Positions 1-10,373 of a DNA stretch of 61,978 nucleotides are shown in pieces. A model generated the notes under the pieces. That model saw nothing but the letters and a program-made list of their open reading frames with translations, did no database searches and was not told the DNA's origin. A program made the translations under genes and the position numbers. Location of the stretch: IMG/VR virus record IMGVR_UViG_3300033153_003306, positions 1 to 61,978 of that record; one strand, 5' to 3'. This stretch comes from a virus (taxonomy: Duplodnaviria; Caudoviricetes). Every line of letters starts with the position of its first letter. Within the stretch, counting starts at the first letter, position 1.

Positions 1-197
1 GCCCTTGCACCCCATTTGTTTTTTTGGTATGCAAACCATTTTTCTTGGAAAGGGAACATAACAGGAACTTTTTCATACTTCCATTCTTCGCCTTCATGTT
101 CACCAGAATACCTTATAACATAAAGGTCTGTAAATAAATCACAAAATGCTAAAATATATCTTCTTGTTAATGAATATTGTGCGTCACTACTTCTCAT
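1..197 (-). CDS. Tail sheath stabiliser/terminator, T4 gp15-like (5' part; runs off the window edge)
   Basis: Not in the ORF track. ATG at 197 after AGGA; translates MRSSDAQYSLTRRYILAFCDLFTDLYVIRY...KVPVMFPFQEKW, resembling the gp15 N-terminus (RRY....DLF...I.R....VPI.Y..KE); lies downstream of the gp14-like gene. Confidence 0.7.
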   Translation of the reverse strand, partial: MRSSDAQYSLTRRYILAFCDLFTDLYVIRYSGEHEGEEWKYEKVPVMFPFQEKWFAYQKNKWGAR

Positions 198-205
198 TTA
201 TATCC

Positions 206-1951
206 TTAGTGCATGTGTGGGTATTGATTATTAAAAGGTGAATTTAATTCTCCATCATCTATAAAATCTCTACGGGGGTTAGACATTCTACCTCTATTAG
301 TAATTCGTCTATTATTATTTCCCTTACCACCTTTTTTACTATTTTTATCTTTTTTAACTTTCTTAAAGATACCATATGCTGTGTGTTCGTTCCAAATACC
401 TCTATCATGATGTTTCCAATCTTCAAATCCAATTTCTTGGTATGCTTGTAATACGAATTCATCAACTATATCATCATCTTCAAATTTAGTAATATTTACC
501 ATATCATTATATTCTTTGTCCGTATATCTTACAGCACATACTTTCCAGTTGTTGAAATCTTGATATTTTTTCTTACCTTTTCCAACTCTGTCTAAGAATG
601 CTTTCATTTTCTTTAATATTTTTGGTGGTATTGGTTCTTTTTTCTCATCATCATCTAAACCTTTCATTATATTACCATCATCGTAATCTGAATCGCTATT
701 TGCTAAATCTATTTCTTCCCATCCATCGGCATCATCATCATCATATTCATCATCCCAATTATTATTTGCTGCACCACTTCTAGTACCAGCACCGTGATAT
801 CCACTACCATAACCACCATATTCTTCTTCATACCAATCATCGTAGCTTGAGCTATTAGCTCTACCACCATAACCACCTTGATATACTTTATTTTCAGGTT
901 TAAGGTCAAATCTTGGTAAATCACCAGCTAAGAATGTTCTAAGGAAATCTAATACTCTTTGCCATTCTTTAATAATAAGATGTTCTGCTGCTCTATGCTC
1001 ATTATAATAACCAACACTAAAGTTAACACCACATACAGTTTCGCACAATGTACAAATATCTGTAAATGATGACCTGTTTGGTTCACTAAAGAAAGTGTTT
1101 TTATTTATGAAGTTTCTAAATTCTGATGAACCAACATAATAACATTTATAATCAGTAGCACCTTGTCTATCTAACTGTATAAAGAAATTATGATTATCTT
1201 GTATATGTTTATGTAATTCTTTATCGCCATTCACTAATGCTTTTGCACCTATTCTACCAACTTCTTCATAATTAGTAATAAGAATTGAATGACCTGTTTC
1301 TTTAGCTATTAAATAAAGCATAGCAATACCTGCTCTATCATCAGCACCCAAACCACTATGTGGATTAGATGGGAATACTTTACCTTCCTTAATATGCGGA
1401 TTTGCGTATTCATACTTTGGACCGTTACCATCCCATACTGTATCAGCATGTGCAAGTAATAGAACTCTTTTTTCAGGTGGTAAACTACCTTCTATATAAT
1501 GATAGTTTCCATCAGTAGCACCAAATTTTTCAAATACTTCTGCTGTTCTATTCAATGGAAGTTTTAAGAAATCCATTAATACTTTTAAATCACCTGTAAC
1601 TGGTTGGTCACTTGTATATTGTGGTATTTTATAATGTGTATCATTCCACCAGTCAACAATACCAGTAACTTGTTTTTCGGCTTCTGAATAATTAGTTACA
1701 TCTTCTGGTTCAGCCCTATCAGTTAAAATATTATATATTTCTGTTAATGTTACTATTTCTTTTGGTGTTGCATCTTTACTTCTTATTATTTTAATATACT
1801 CTTTAGAAAAATGAGTCCAAAATGAACTATCAGTATATTCTATATCTAATAATTCTTCTAAAACTAAGATAAACTTATCTCTTGCAACATTAATAATTTT
1901 AACTTTATTCTTGTTTTTATTTTTCTTACTTTTTCTCTCTAATAAATCCAT
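206..1951 (-). CDS. Zn-dependent M20/M28-family peptidase-like protein with Gly/Tyr/Asp-rich low-complexity C-terminal region
   Basis: Metal-ligand motifs AHADTV, GADDRAG, EEVG, LDR and YYNEH. Confidence 0.75.
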   Translation of the reverse strand: MDLLERKSKKNKNKNKVKIINVARDKFILVLEELLDIEYTDSSFWTHFSKEYIKIIRSKDATPKEIVTLTEIYNILTDRAEPEDVTNYSEAEKQVTGIVDWWNDTHYKIPQYTSDQPVTGDLKVLMDFLKLPLNRTAEVFEKFGATDGNYHYIEGSLPPEKRVLLLAHADTVWDGNGPKYEYANPHIKEGKVFPSNPHSGLGADDRAGIAMLYLIAKETGHSILITNYEEVGRIGAKALVNGDKELHKHIQDNHNFFIQLDRQGATDYKCYYVGSSEFRNFINKNTFFSEPNRSSFTDICTLCETVCGVNFSVGYYNEHRAAEHLIIKEWQRVLDFLRTFLAGDLPRFDLKPENKVYQGGYGGRANSSSYDDWYEEEYGGYGSGYHGAGTRSGAANNNWDDEYDDDDADGWEEIDLANSDSDYDDGNIMKGLDDDEKKEPIPPKILKKMKAFLDRVGKGKKKYQDFNNWKVCAVRYTDKEYNDMVNITKFEDDDIVDEFVLQAYQEIGFEDWKHHDRGIWNEHTAYGIFKKVKKDKNSKKGGKGNNNRRITNRGRMSNPRRDFIDDGELNSPFNNQYPHMH

Positions 1952-1953
1952 AA

Positions 1954-2835
1954 TTATCTCTCAAGTTTGCTTGTTGGTTTAGTATATATTTTAAATTCAA
2001 AGTTATATCCATTATTTATACAACTTTGTTCTTTTAATAAATTGTTATGTAAATCTTTACTATAAGTCCACGTACTTTTAACTTCTATAATAGTATTTGT
2101 AGATTTGATATAAAAATCTGGAAAATATCTACTTTTTTTACCAATTTTAGTATACCAAATTTTACCTATGTTTTTTTGTGTTGGGTGTATAATTATATCA
2201 TTTTCTAAACCACCATTAGAAAAATATTCATCTAAAAAATTATTTTCATAACCCTGTATTTTAATATCTTTCCCCGATGGGAGTGTATAATTTTTATTAT
2301 GATAAGAACTTTTTTGTTGTTTATTAAAAACTTTCTCGTTTTGCATAGGATTTTCACAATCATATTTTTCAATACAGGTATTAATAGATTTTTCTTTAAA
2401 TTTGTTAGTACCCATATACCATTTAGATTTATATTTTGTTATACAAGTTTTAATATATTTTTCTTTAACGTCCTCATTTTGCATAGGATGTTCGCAATCA
2501 TATTTATCAAGACATGTATTTTTTCGTTTGTTTACTATTTCTTTAACATGTTCGGGTGTTCTATCGCTGTGAATTTTTTTTAATTTTTTTATAACATCTA
2601 AATTTTTTGACACATTAGAAACATTATACATACTAAGACATGTATTTTTTCTTTTTTCTTTAATGTTTTCATTTTGCATAGGATTTTCACAATCATATTT
2701 ATCAAGACATGTATTTTTTCGTTTTCCTTTTACTTTTTTGTAGTATGAATTTTTACAAGTATCACAACATAAAAATATTTTATTATTTTTAGCATTAAAA
2801 TTAACACTACATTCAGTACAAGTTTTTATAATCAT
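1954..2835 (-). CDS. Putative free-standing homing endonuclease: Zn ribbon + tandem KxTCLxKYxxxNPMQ repeats + C-terminal PD-(D/E)xK nuclease
   Basis: About 5 repeats of RKNTCLDKYDCENPMQNE; YFPDFYI...IIEVKS catalytic motif. Confidence 0.7.
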   Translation of the reverse strand: MIIKTCTECSVNFNAKNNKIFLCCDTCKNSYYKKVKGKRKNTCLDKYDCENPMQNENIKEKRKNTCLSMYNVSNVSKNLDVIKKLKKIHSDRTPEHVKEIVNKRKNTCLDKYDCEHPMQNEDVKEKYIKTCITKYKSKWYMGTNKFKEKSINTCIEKYDCENPMQNEKVFNKQQKSSYHNKNYTLPSGKDIKIQGYENNFLDEYFSNGGLENDIIIHPTQKNIGKIWYTKIGKKSRYFPDFYIKSTNTIIEVKSTWTYSKDLHNNLLKEQSCINNGYNFEFKIYTKPTSKLER

Positions 2836-2838
2836 ATT

Positions 2839-3888
2839 TTATCTCCCAAACCGACTCGATGGGCGAGTATTAGTATCTCTTGCATGGTCTTCCGTTTCAT
2901 CAAGAACATCACCATCTTCAAGAGCTTCTTCAATAATTTCATTTGTAACATCAAGTACAAGTTCATTAAGGTCTTCAAGGTCGGCAAGTTCAGGAATTTG
3001 GTCAGTAATATTATCACTAACATCAACATTACTATTATAATCATATAATGATACATTAAACACATAACTAAGGTTTCTATTAAACATTAAATGTGGTGGT
3101 GTATCGTTAACATATTCTATTTGATATAGTTGTTCTAACTTAGGTATCCATAATAAATCAGTTATCTTAGGTCTGATATCTACTATCTTTGTAATTGTAA
3201 TTGTAAAATCAGTAGGTACTAATTCTTCATCTATTATATCAACCCCATCGTTTGGTGTTAATGTAATTTCAGTTCTCCAAACAAATATTTGTTCTTCACC
3301 TACCCATGTTTCTATTTCGTTATAAGCAATAGCACTAACGATATAATCTGCATTATTAGTAGCTTCACCACAACCTGCTAATGTAACAGTATCACCAGTA
3401 TTTATATCTGTGTATAAATCTTCGGCTGTAAGGTCTTGATTATAGAAGTAAACAGTGTCATCTTGAATAAATGTACTGTGTTCCATAGTTTCAGCAATTT
3501 CAAATGTTCTTTCATGTTCAATATAAACAGTGTCGTGGTCTACCATATTTTGGAAATATGACATTGGTGCATAATATGTAAGTTCACCTTCGTTAATAAA
3601 TGAAAAACCATTACTAACAAAATTATGTGATATATTATCATCTACAACATCAGGATTCCACAGTAAAACTTCAAAAGCTCTATCAAGAACCTTTGTTCTA
3701 CTTTCACCAAAGAATTCATCTGTGTTGAAGTGGTCTACTGTAATATAATATGCTTTATCCCCATATAACCTAAGTATATCACGATATATAACATCCATCA
3801 AAAGAAAATCTTTTGAGTAGTTATCGGTATTCATGTCGTTGTTATAACGCCACGCATTTCCAGGTGTTGGGAAAGGACTATCTGCCAT
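2839..3888 (-). CDS. Neck/head-closure protein, T4 gp14-like, with an internal insertion
   Basis: LYGDKAYYI...D.FFGE N-terminal pattern and RP...DLLWIP....LYQIEYV C-terminal pattern; upstream of the gp15-like gene. Confidence 0.7.
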   Translation of the reverse strand: MADSPFPTPGNAWRYNNDMNTDNYSKDFLLMDVIYRDILRLYGDKAYYITVDHFNTDEFFGESRTKVLDRAFEVLLWNPDVVDDNISHNFVSNGFSFINEGELTYYAPMSYFQNMVDHDTVYIEHERTFEIAETMEHSTFIQDDTVYFYNQDLTAEDLYTDINTGDTVTLAGCGEATNNADYIVSAIAYNEIETWVGEEQIFVWRTEITLTPNDGVDIIDEELVPTDFTITITKIVDIRPKITDLLWIPKLEQLYQIEYVNDTPPHLMFNRNLSYVFNVSLYDYNSNVDVSDNITDQIPELADLEDLNELVLDVTNEIIEEALEDGDVLDETEDHARDTNTRPSSRFGR

Positions 3889-4450
3889 TATTTGCCTTTT
3901 TAATTTCTGCTTCTAAGTCATAAACATCTTTTATTTCGCCACTCATAACTTTATCCGATAATAAGTTTAAAAATTTATATATATCTTTTGTTAATGATTT
4001 ATCTAATTTTTTTTGAGCTTCTATCATTAAAGTGCCTATTATTTTGATTAGTTCGGATTTATTGTATATTTTTTTTCTTTTGCGTTTAAAATAGATGTTC
4101 ATTATTTGTCCAATAACATATGACGCAATAGCAATATTCATCATCGCATCTTCGTTCAATATATTTTCATATAATCTTAATACATTAGTCTTCATTACAT
4201 TCCCTACAGTATTTATTATTCCGTTATTCATCGGCATTACATCTGCACCAAACTCACCATCTTTAATTCTACCTTCATTTCTTTTATTATAACAATCTTT
4301 ACACATTACACGCATTTGTTGTCGTTTGACACAAAATTCACATAATCCTTTACCACAATCATCACAATTAGTAGTAGCCGTATCACCACATGTTGCACAA
4401 CCTTTGCCTTCTTTCAATAGTTCTTCATATAATCTATATAAATTATTCAT
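3878..4450 (-). CDS. Hypothetical protein with Cys-rich Zn finger and two leader-like segments (LYEELLKE, LYENILNE)
   Basis: ORF track; four CxxC pairs; translationally coupled to neighbours. Confidence 0.55.
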   Translation of the reverse strand: MNNLYRLYEELLKEGKGCATCGDTATTNCDDCGKGLCEFCVKRQQMRVMCKDCYNKRNEGRIKDGEFGADVMPMNNGIINTVGNVMKTNVLRLYENILNEDAMMNIAIASYVIGQIMNIYFKRKRKKIYNKSELIKIIGTLMIEAQKKLDKSLTKDIYKFLNLLSDKVMSGEIKDVYDLEAEIKKANNGR

Positions 4451-4694
4451 TATGTGCTCTCCACATTTTCATCAATTTTATTTTAGTCTTTAATGGTACA
4501 CCACTAAGACAGCTACAACCACCATTAGTTCTTTGCCCTGTTTTATTTTTAGCAAAATAACAACCATGATTACCGCAGTCACGTCCTGAAAGTTCTTTGA
4601 TGATTTCTTCTTTCTTATCGTTTTTTAATAAATTTTCAAAATCGACATTACTTTCGTTTAATACTTCTTCATATAGTTCTTGTAAGTTTGTCAT
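4443..4694 (-). CDS. Small hypothetical protein with LYEEVLNE leader and a Cys cluster (CGNHGC...GGCSC)
   Basis: ORF track; ATGAATAA overlap with the next gene. Confidence 0.55.
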   Translation of the reverse strand: MTNLQELYEEVLNESNVDFENLLKNDKKEEIIKELSGRDCGNHGCYFAKNKTGQRTNGGCSCLSGVPLKTKIKLMKMWRAHNE

Positions 4695-5883
4695 ATTGTT
4701 CCTTTAAGCTTTCTTCTATAGTAGAGTTAACTTCTCGTATCTTATCATCTATAGCTTTTATATTATTTATATTTATATTGTTGTCTAAAACCCAATCTAA
4801 CACATTTTTTCTTATTATTCCTAATCTTTTTCCTGGTCCAATACCAAGTACATCCATTATATGCTTACCATTAACAACTGTTTTAATAACATCTAATGCG
4901 TTTTTATCTTTAAATCTATCTTTCATTTTATCTACAAAGTCTGTTACACGTTTCCATCTTACAGGGTTAAATGCGTGTAGTCTTGATTTAGTATCTGCTT
5001 CTGAAACTTTATACAGAACATCCCAATAAGGACTATCCATAATATTCATAACCTTAGAACCTTTCATTTTCCATAAATCATGAACTTTCATATGATGTTC
5101 TGACACATACTTCAAACAGTTCTTAGTATTGTTGTCAAGTTTTAATCTTTTAGCTATTTTATTAATTCTTTCCATACCTGCTGCTTCATGACCGTGATAG
5201 TGCCAACCTGTTTCATCACTTGATTGTGTATCAAGTTTACCTACATCATGGAATAATATTCCTAAATTAACCATAGGGTCTGAACTATCAGCAACTCTTA
5301 ATGCTTGTAAGCTATGTTTAAACACATTCCCTTCTGGGTGATGTTTTTCAGTTTGTGGTAAGTCATCTAATTCAACTATTTCGGGTAATATATGTTGTAA
5401 TAATCCTGTTTCTTTTAATATAATAATAGCATTAGCAAACTGTTTACCATTACCTGCCATTTTCATTAGTTCTTTAACAATTCGTTCAACTGCTTGACCT
5501 TTTATATTAGATGAGTTAGACTTAATAGCATCCATTGTCTCTGGGTCTATTTTAAAGCCCATTCTCGAAGCAAATCGCACAGCCCTTAACATTCTTAGGT
5601 AATCCTCTTGGAATCGCTTATTTGGGTCTCCTACGGTTCTTAAAACCTTATTCTTTATATCACCATGACCATCAAAATGGTCTATAACATTACCATCCTT
5701 ATCAACAGCCATAGCATTTATAGTAAAATCTCTTCTTTGAGCATCTTGTTTGTAATCCATAACAATTTTTACACTTGATGGATATCTTCCACTGTGTACT
5801 GTTTCCCATTCAACAACTTCATATTTAGATGGGTCTAAATGGTCAGGATTATTAGAATTATATTTTTCTATTTTATTTGTCAT
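4669..5883 (-). CDS. cca: CCA-adding tRNA nucleotidyltransferase, C-terminal part (motifs B-E + HD domain)
   Basis: RRDFTINAMA, EDYLRMLRAVRF, ERIVKEL, HHPEG.VFKH, LFHDVGK. Confidence 0.9.
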   Translation of the reverse strand: MTNKIEKYNSNNPDHLDPSKYEVVEWETVHSGRYPSSVKIVMDYKQDAQRRDFTINAMAVDKDGNVIDHFDGHGDIKNKVLRTVGDPNKRFQEDYLRMLRAVRFASRMGFKIDPETMDAIKSNSSNIKGQAVERIVKELMKMAGNGKQFANAIIILKETGLLQHILPEIVELDDLPQTEKHHPEGNVFKHSLQALRVADSSDPMVNLGILFHDVGKLDTQSSDETGWHYHGHEAAGMERINKIAKRLKLDNNTKNCLKYVSEHHMKVHDLWKMKGSKVMNIMDSPYWDVLYKVSEADTKSRLHAFNPVRWKRVTDFVDKMKDRFKDKNALDVIKTVVNGKHIMDVLGIGPGKRLGIIRKNVLDWVLDNNININNIKAIDDKIREVNSTIEESLKEQYDKLTRTI

Positions 5884-6712
5884 TTCTATTTTTTCTTATA
5901 AATTTATAACCTTTTAGTTTTCCACTGTTTATTGTTCTATTATATTTACCCGATGCTTCTATTGTAGATATGGATACCTTATTTTTTTTAGCCCAATCTT
6001 TTATAAAAATTATGTTATCATCTATTATTATGTTATCTTTTATAATAGTATATGTATATTTAATTAATTTATTTCTCATATTATAAACTGCTTCTTTTGT
6101 ATGTTTTTTACCGTACATGCCATTATTAGAACCTTTCATTGAACCATTTTCTATTATATGTTTTTTTCTCTTTTCATTAATTTCTTTTGAAGTCATTAAT
6201 TTTACAAAATTATTTTTATATGTTGGATTATCACATCTTTTTTTAGCAGACTTACTCATTTTTTCTTTTGTTATTTTGTTTCGTTTTTGACCTATTCGTT
6301 TATCTGTGTATTTTTTAACTCTTTTATCATCAATAGTTAAATCTTTATTCCAAGGTATCTTACCTTTTTGGGAATCACTAATTTTTTTATAAATTTTATC
6401 TTTTTCAGGATGAAATTCTAATATATATCCACCTCTACCACCAATTACCATATTATAAGTTTCTTTATCAGTTATAAAATTTTCATTTACAATCCATTGT
6501 TCAACATCATAGGCTGTTTGTTTATCTATAAAATCAAAAATAATTTCTTTTTTAAAGTTTTCTATTCCATACTTTTTCTGTGCTCTTTTAAGATGTTTAC
6601 CACTACCCATATAATCATCATTTAAATTATCTGTAGAATGAACCCCGATATAAATTTTATTATTCTTAAGATTTATTATACTATATATAGTATTATGTTT
6701 ATGTTCTTTCAT
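5873..6712 (-). mobile_element. GIY-YIG (Seg-like) homing endonuclease with NUMOD3-like motifs, inserted between the two cca halves
   Basis: [20 protein letters not shown]...YMGSG; GKKHTKE motif; own TATAAATA promoter. Confidence 0.85.
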
Positions 6713-6776
6713 TTTAATCCTTTTATTATTTTATATCTTTATTTATAAAATAATTTCGACAAGATGGTAAATATTT

Positions 6777-7172
6777 TTAAACTTTTCTTACATATTTTGG
6801 TGTTTTATAATTATCGTGACGAAAATTTGCAATTTCGTAAGTAAAACCACCTTCATTAATAACCATAATCCCGAAGTCTTTATTTTTTCCTATATTGAAA
6901 GTTTTAAAGTATTTTTCTAAAATATCAACATCTACATTTGTGGCTATATCTATATCATCAGGTTCTTTATCGCCTGTTATTATGTCTCTTATAGCCCCAC
7001 CGACTATGAAAGCCCTTGGATTTTTTATATTATGTTTTTTACCAATTTCTTCAATTTCTTTTAATAAATCAACACCAACCTTTAACATAGGAATTCTATC
7101 AATGTAACCTTGCCAATCATTAATAGTTGTTTCTAATAAGTTTATATATTTTTCTGTTATTAGTTTATTCAT
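6777..7172 (-). CDS. cca: CCA-adding enzyme, N-terminal catalytic part (motif A) with MNKL..KY..LLE leader
   Basis: FIVGGAIRD...DDIDIATN and EIANFR; start placed at MNKL (7172) by analogy with the neighbouring genes. Confidence 0.88.
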   Translation of the reverse strand: MNKLITEKYINLLETTINDWQGYIDRIPMLKVGVDLLKEIEEIGKKHNIKNPRAFIVGGAIRDIITGDKEPDDIDIATNVDVDILEKYFKTFNIGKNKDFGIMVINEGGFTYEIANFRHDNYKTPKYVRKV

Positions 7173-7620
7173 TCCAATTACCTGCATTATTCATCCTAAG
7201 TTGTGCATCATGTTTATAGTTGTTAAACACTATACGAAAATTATGAAGATTATATTCACCACCTTCAACCGCACTACCAAGTATACTACTACTTCGATTA
7301 AAAGCTTCACCATTAAAAGGTCTTGTAAGGAAATCAACGACTATATTTTGTCTATCAGGAAAAACACGACTATCTACAACACTTAACATAGTTTCAATAT
7401 AATAATTAACACCAGTCCTACTCCATAACAACCCATTATCGGTTAATTCATCACGTACTGTCCACCCTTCCATATTAAAAGTGTGTATTATTTTAGATAG
7501 TTTTGAAAGTGCATCTGAATCATTTTCAGGTGTGATTTTTTCTTCATCATCTAACTTACCCGAATCAATATCTTCCCAACCTTCAAGTAAATCTACATAT
7601 TTAGTCATTAGTTTATTCAT
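7165..7620 (-). CDS. Tag-domain protein (1 unit): leader + GWEDIDSGKLDDEE + ~125-aa variable domain
   Basis: Shares the leader and tag with neighbouring genes. Confidence 0.75.
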   Translation of the reverse strand: MNKLMTKYVDLLEGWEDIDSGKLDDEEKITPENDSDALSKLSKIIHTFNMEGWTVRDELTDNGLLWSRTGVNYYIETMLSVVDSRVFPDRQNIVVDFLTRPFNGEAFNRSSSILGSAVEGGEYNLHNFRIVFNNYKHDAQLRMNNAGNWNE

Positions 7621-8448
7621 TGTCTACTCATTTCTCTTGTTGTGTATTTAAAATATTCTTTAAACCATCTAACAAAACCTTCAACATTTTCTCCCAATGT
7701 TCTGTCAAGTCTTCCAAATATAAGTCTTAAATCATTAATAGCGTCGCCATCATGTGGTATTGTGGTGTAATGTGATTCCATAGTAATATTATTATGTTGG
7801 TCAATATACATACTAACTTTAATATCATAATCATGGTAATCAGAAGACCATAATAACTCTTGGTCTGTTAACCTATCACTAACATACCAACCATCAATGG
7901 TTATATCGTATATAGCATCAATTAAATCAACGAATAATACTTCTGAGGATACATTTTCTTCATCATCTAACTTATCTGAATCAATATCTTCCCAACCTTC
8001 ATCTAACTTATTATAATATTCTAATGCCATTGATTCCCATAGTTTATACTTACATTTATGATATTCGTCTAAGGTATTATCAATATTATTATTCCAAGGA
8101 CTTTCTTTCGCTATAACAAACATATCAGTATTATCCAGTAACCAACAAGTGTGTGTTCCTGTTGTATAGTTAAAATACTGATGATTAATAATATCACCTT
8201 TATCATTATTAAGTTTTATATGTAACAGATGCCCACCACCATTATCCCGATAAGTTGCTGTTATATGGTGATGTCTACCTTTAATAGTAAAATCACCATA
8301 ATCATCGAATAAAGTACAAATTTCTTCTATCTTATTTTTTAGTTGGTCACCACCGCTAAATTCTTTTTCTTCATCATCTAACTTACCCGAATCAATATCT
8401 TCCCAACCTTCAAGTAAATCTACATATTTAGTCATTAGTTTATTCATT
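7537..8448. repeat. 85-bp identical direct repeat (7537-7621 and 8364-8448) encoding leader + tag
   Basis: Read directly from the sequence. Confidence 0.85.
7617..8447 (-). CDS. Tag-domain polyprotein (2 units)
   Basis: True start is likely MNKLMTKY at 8447 (85-bp identity to the start of 7165..7620); tags after LLE and LDE. Confidence 0.75.
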   Translation of the reverse strand: MNKLMTKYVDLLEGWEDIDSGKLDDEEKEFSGGDQLKNKIEEICTLFDDYGDFTIKGRHHHITATYRDNGGGHLLHIKLNNDKGDIINHQYFNYTTGTHTCWLLDNTDMFVIAKESPWNNNIDNTLDEYHKCKYKLWESMALEYYNKLDEGWEDIDSDKLDDEENVSSEVLFVDLIDAIYDITIDGWYVSDRLTDQELLWSSDYHDYDIKVSMYIDQHNNITMESHYTTIPHDGDAINDLRLIFGRLDRTLGENVEGFVRWFKEYFKYTTREMSRQ

Positions 8449-9276
8449 ATTATTTGCCAAATATCTATGTAATTGTCTATCAAAAATTTGTAATGCTTCC
8501 AACGTGTTTGAATGTGAATTATTAGCAATTTGATAATATATAACATGTCTGTGTTTTGAATCGTCATATCGTGATACTAATGTGTTACCATTTAGTCTAA
8601 AGTTTATTTTTAATGTTGCCCCATCACCACTTTTGATAAATCTTATAAAATCAATACCAATAGAAAATCCCCTCCAACCATGAATAAATACATCCCTATA
8701 AATAGCTGATACATCTTGCATAAATTCATCAAGAGTAAAACTATCGTTAACTTCTCCACTATCTTCGTTTTCTTCATCATCTAAGGCATCACTATCGATA
8801 TCATCCCAACCTTCTTTTAATTTCGTAACATCTTTCTTTTTATTATAATAGTTCTGTACCATCATATTCCATATATGATACCTACAATTTTGATATTCTG
8901 TAGTTACATCATCAAAAGTTTTATTCCAATCATTAGTTACGGCATTCACCCACAACGCATGTGCATCCTTGCGTAACCAACAACTATGTTGTCCTATTGT
9001 ATAATTAAAAAATTGGTGATTAATCAATTCACCATCATTAAATAGTTTTATGTGCATATTATCAAAACCACCTTGATTCACGTATTCTGCTGATAAAGTA
9101 AGGTGATTACCTCTAATATTAAAATCGTCACCATCTTTTTCGAATAACTCACAAAGTTTTATAATATTAGATTCTATGGTATTAACTCCAACTTGTTCTT
9201 CCTTATCTAATGAATCACTATCAATATCTTCCCAACCTTCAAGTAAATCTATATATTTTGTAAATAGTTTATTCAT
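8440..9276 (-). CDS. Tag-domain polyprotein (2 units); first domain paralogous to that of 7617..8447
   Basis: LINHQFFNYTIGQHSCWL vs IINHQYFNYTTGTHTCWL; two tags. Confidence 0.75.
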   Translation of the reverse strand: MNKLFTKYIDLLEGWEDIDSDSLDKEEQVGVNTIESNIIKLCELFEKDGDDFNIRGNHLTLSAEYVNQGGFDNMHIKLFNDGELINHQFFNYTIGQHSCWLRKDAHALWVNAVTNDWNKTFDDVTTEYQNCRYHIWNMMVQNYYNKKKDVTKLKEGWDDIDSDALDDEENEDSGEVNDSFTLDEFMQDVSAIYRDVFIHGWRGFSIGIDFIRFIKSGDGATLKINFRLNGNTLVSRYDDSKHRHVIYYQIANNSHSNTLEALQIFDRQLHRYLANNNE

Positions 9277-10331
9277 TAGAATCCTGGTCCACCTGCCGCA
9301 CCACCATCAGCACCTAAAGTAACACTACTATCACTTGGTGGGTTAACTAAACCTTTTACATCACTTGTACCACTTGGTACTATAACAGATTGTTTTCTTA
9401 CCTTATTCTTTTGGTCTTTTTCTAATGCTTTCTGTTTCTTAGTTTCTGTGTTATAATGATTAGCAACCATATTATCTAATCTTGATTCTTTTATATATTT
9501 TAAATTATGTTCTTGTACCCAATGTTCAACACCTTTATATAATATTTTTACTGTTGGAAAGTTGAGTTTATCATTTCTACCAATAACGTCGACAATCGCA
9601 CCTTTTGGTACTATTGTTTCTACATCAGCATCAGCAAATTTACCTATATCGTAATAATCTCTTTTTTCTACAGGCTCTTTTAATACCGCTTTCTTAGAAC
9701 TACTTTCTTCTAATACATCACTACAGTAAGGGCAACTAAAATCTTCTGTTAATCCAAAGTGATAACTTACACCACCACAATTAGGACACATTAATTGATT
9801 ATCATCATCACAATCTTCATCCATAAATGGTTCAATACTTTCTTTATTAATAGTAACAAAGTTGTTCATAAAGGTATCATTATCAATTACAAAGTCATGC
9901 TTCTTATTAGTTCTTTTCTTAATAGCAGAAGAAACATAAGAATTATACTCATCTTTGTTAAGTAAATAGAAATACTCACCTCTGTAAATAGTACTTGGTT
10001 TGTTGTTAGTATCAAATGCATCAACATCAACCTTACTTGCAAACAAGTTACTACTTTCACTAATACTATCAGCGTCAGGTCTATCAGCATTTATAATATC
10101 ACCAATAATCTTTGAATATTCTTTAGGATTACTAATACCAATCTTATTAGTTGCATTAACAGGTAATGAGTCAGCATTCGTATCAGTATTATCCATCCAA
10201 TCTTTTAATTTTAATAAACCTTCAACTCCATCAGTTTTTCTGATATCGTTAAGGTGTTCTTTCATTTTATCTGAAAGGTGTGTTAGTTTTTGTTCTAACA
10301 TACTTTTAATTTCTTCTTTTGTATATATCAT
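9276..10331 (-). CDS. Hypothetical multi-segment protein (Zn ribbon CPNC/CPYC, SH3-like segment), late-expressed
   Basis: TATAAATA at 10361-10368; ISE/LEE/IKE sites between segments. Confidence 0.55.
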   Translation of the reverse strand: MIYTKEEIKSMLEQKLTHLSDKMKEHLNDIRKTDGVEGLLKLKDWMDNTDTNADSLPVNATNKIGISNPKEYSKIIGDIINADRPDADSISESSNLFASKVDVDAFDTNNKPSTIYRGEYFYLLNKDEYNSYVSSAIKKRTNKKHDFVIDNDTFMNNFVTINKESIEPFMDEDCDDDNQLMCPNCGGVSYHFGLTEDFSCPYCSDVLEESSSKKAVLKEPVEKRDYYDIGKFADADVETIVPKGAIVDVIGRNDKLNFPTVKILYKGVEHWVQEHNLKYIKESRLDNMVANHYNTETKKQKALEKDQKNKVRKQSVIVPSGTSDVKGLVNPPSDSSVTLGADGGAAGGPGF

Positions 10332-10373
10332 ATTAATCCTCTTATTATCTTGTATATTATTATTTATAATTAA

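Noticed and set aside
5873-6776. Group I intron or split intein in cca
   Set aside because: No room for a ribozyme core (65-nt gap on one side, overlap on the other) and no Cys/His-Asn intein termini
8448-8567. N-terminal 40 aa of ORF 7617..8567
   Set aside because: Overlaps the upstream gene; the repeat-defined start MNKLMTKY at 8447 is more plausible
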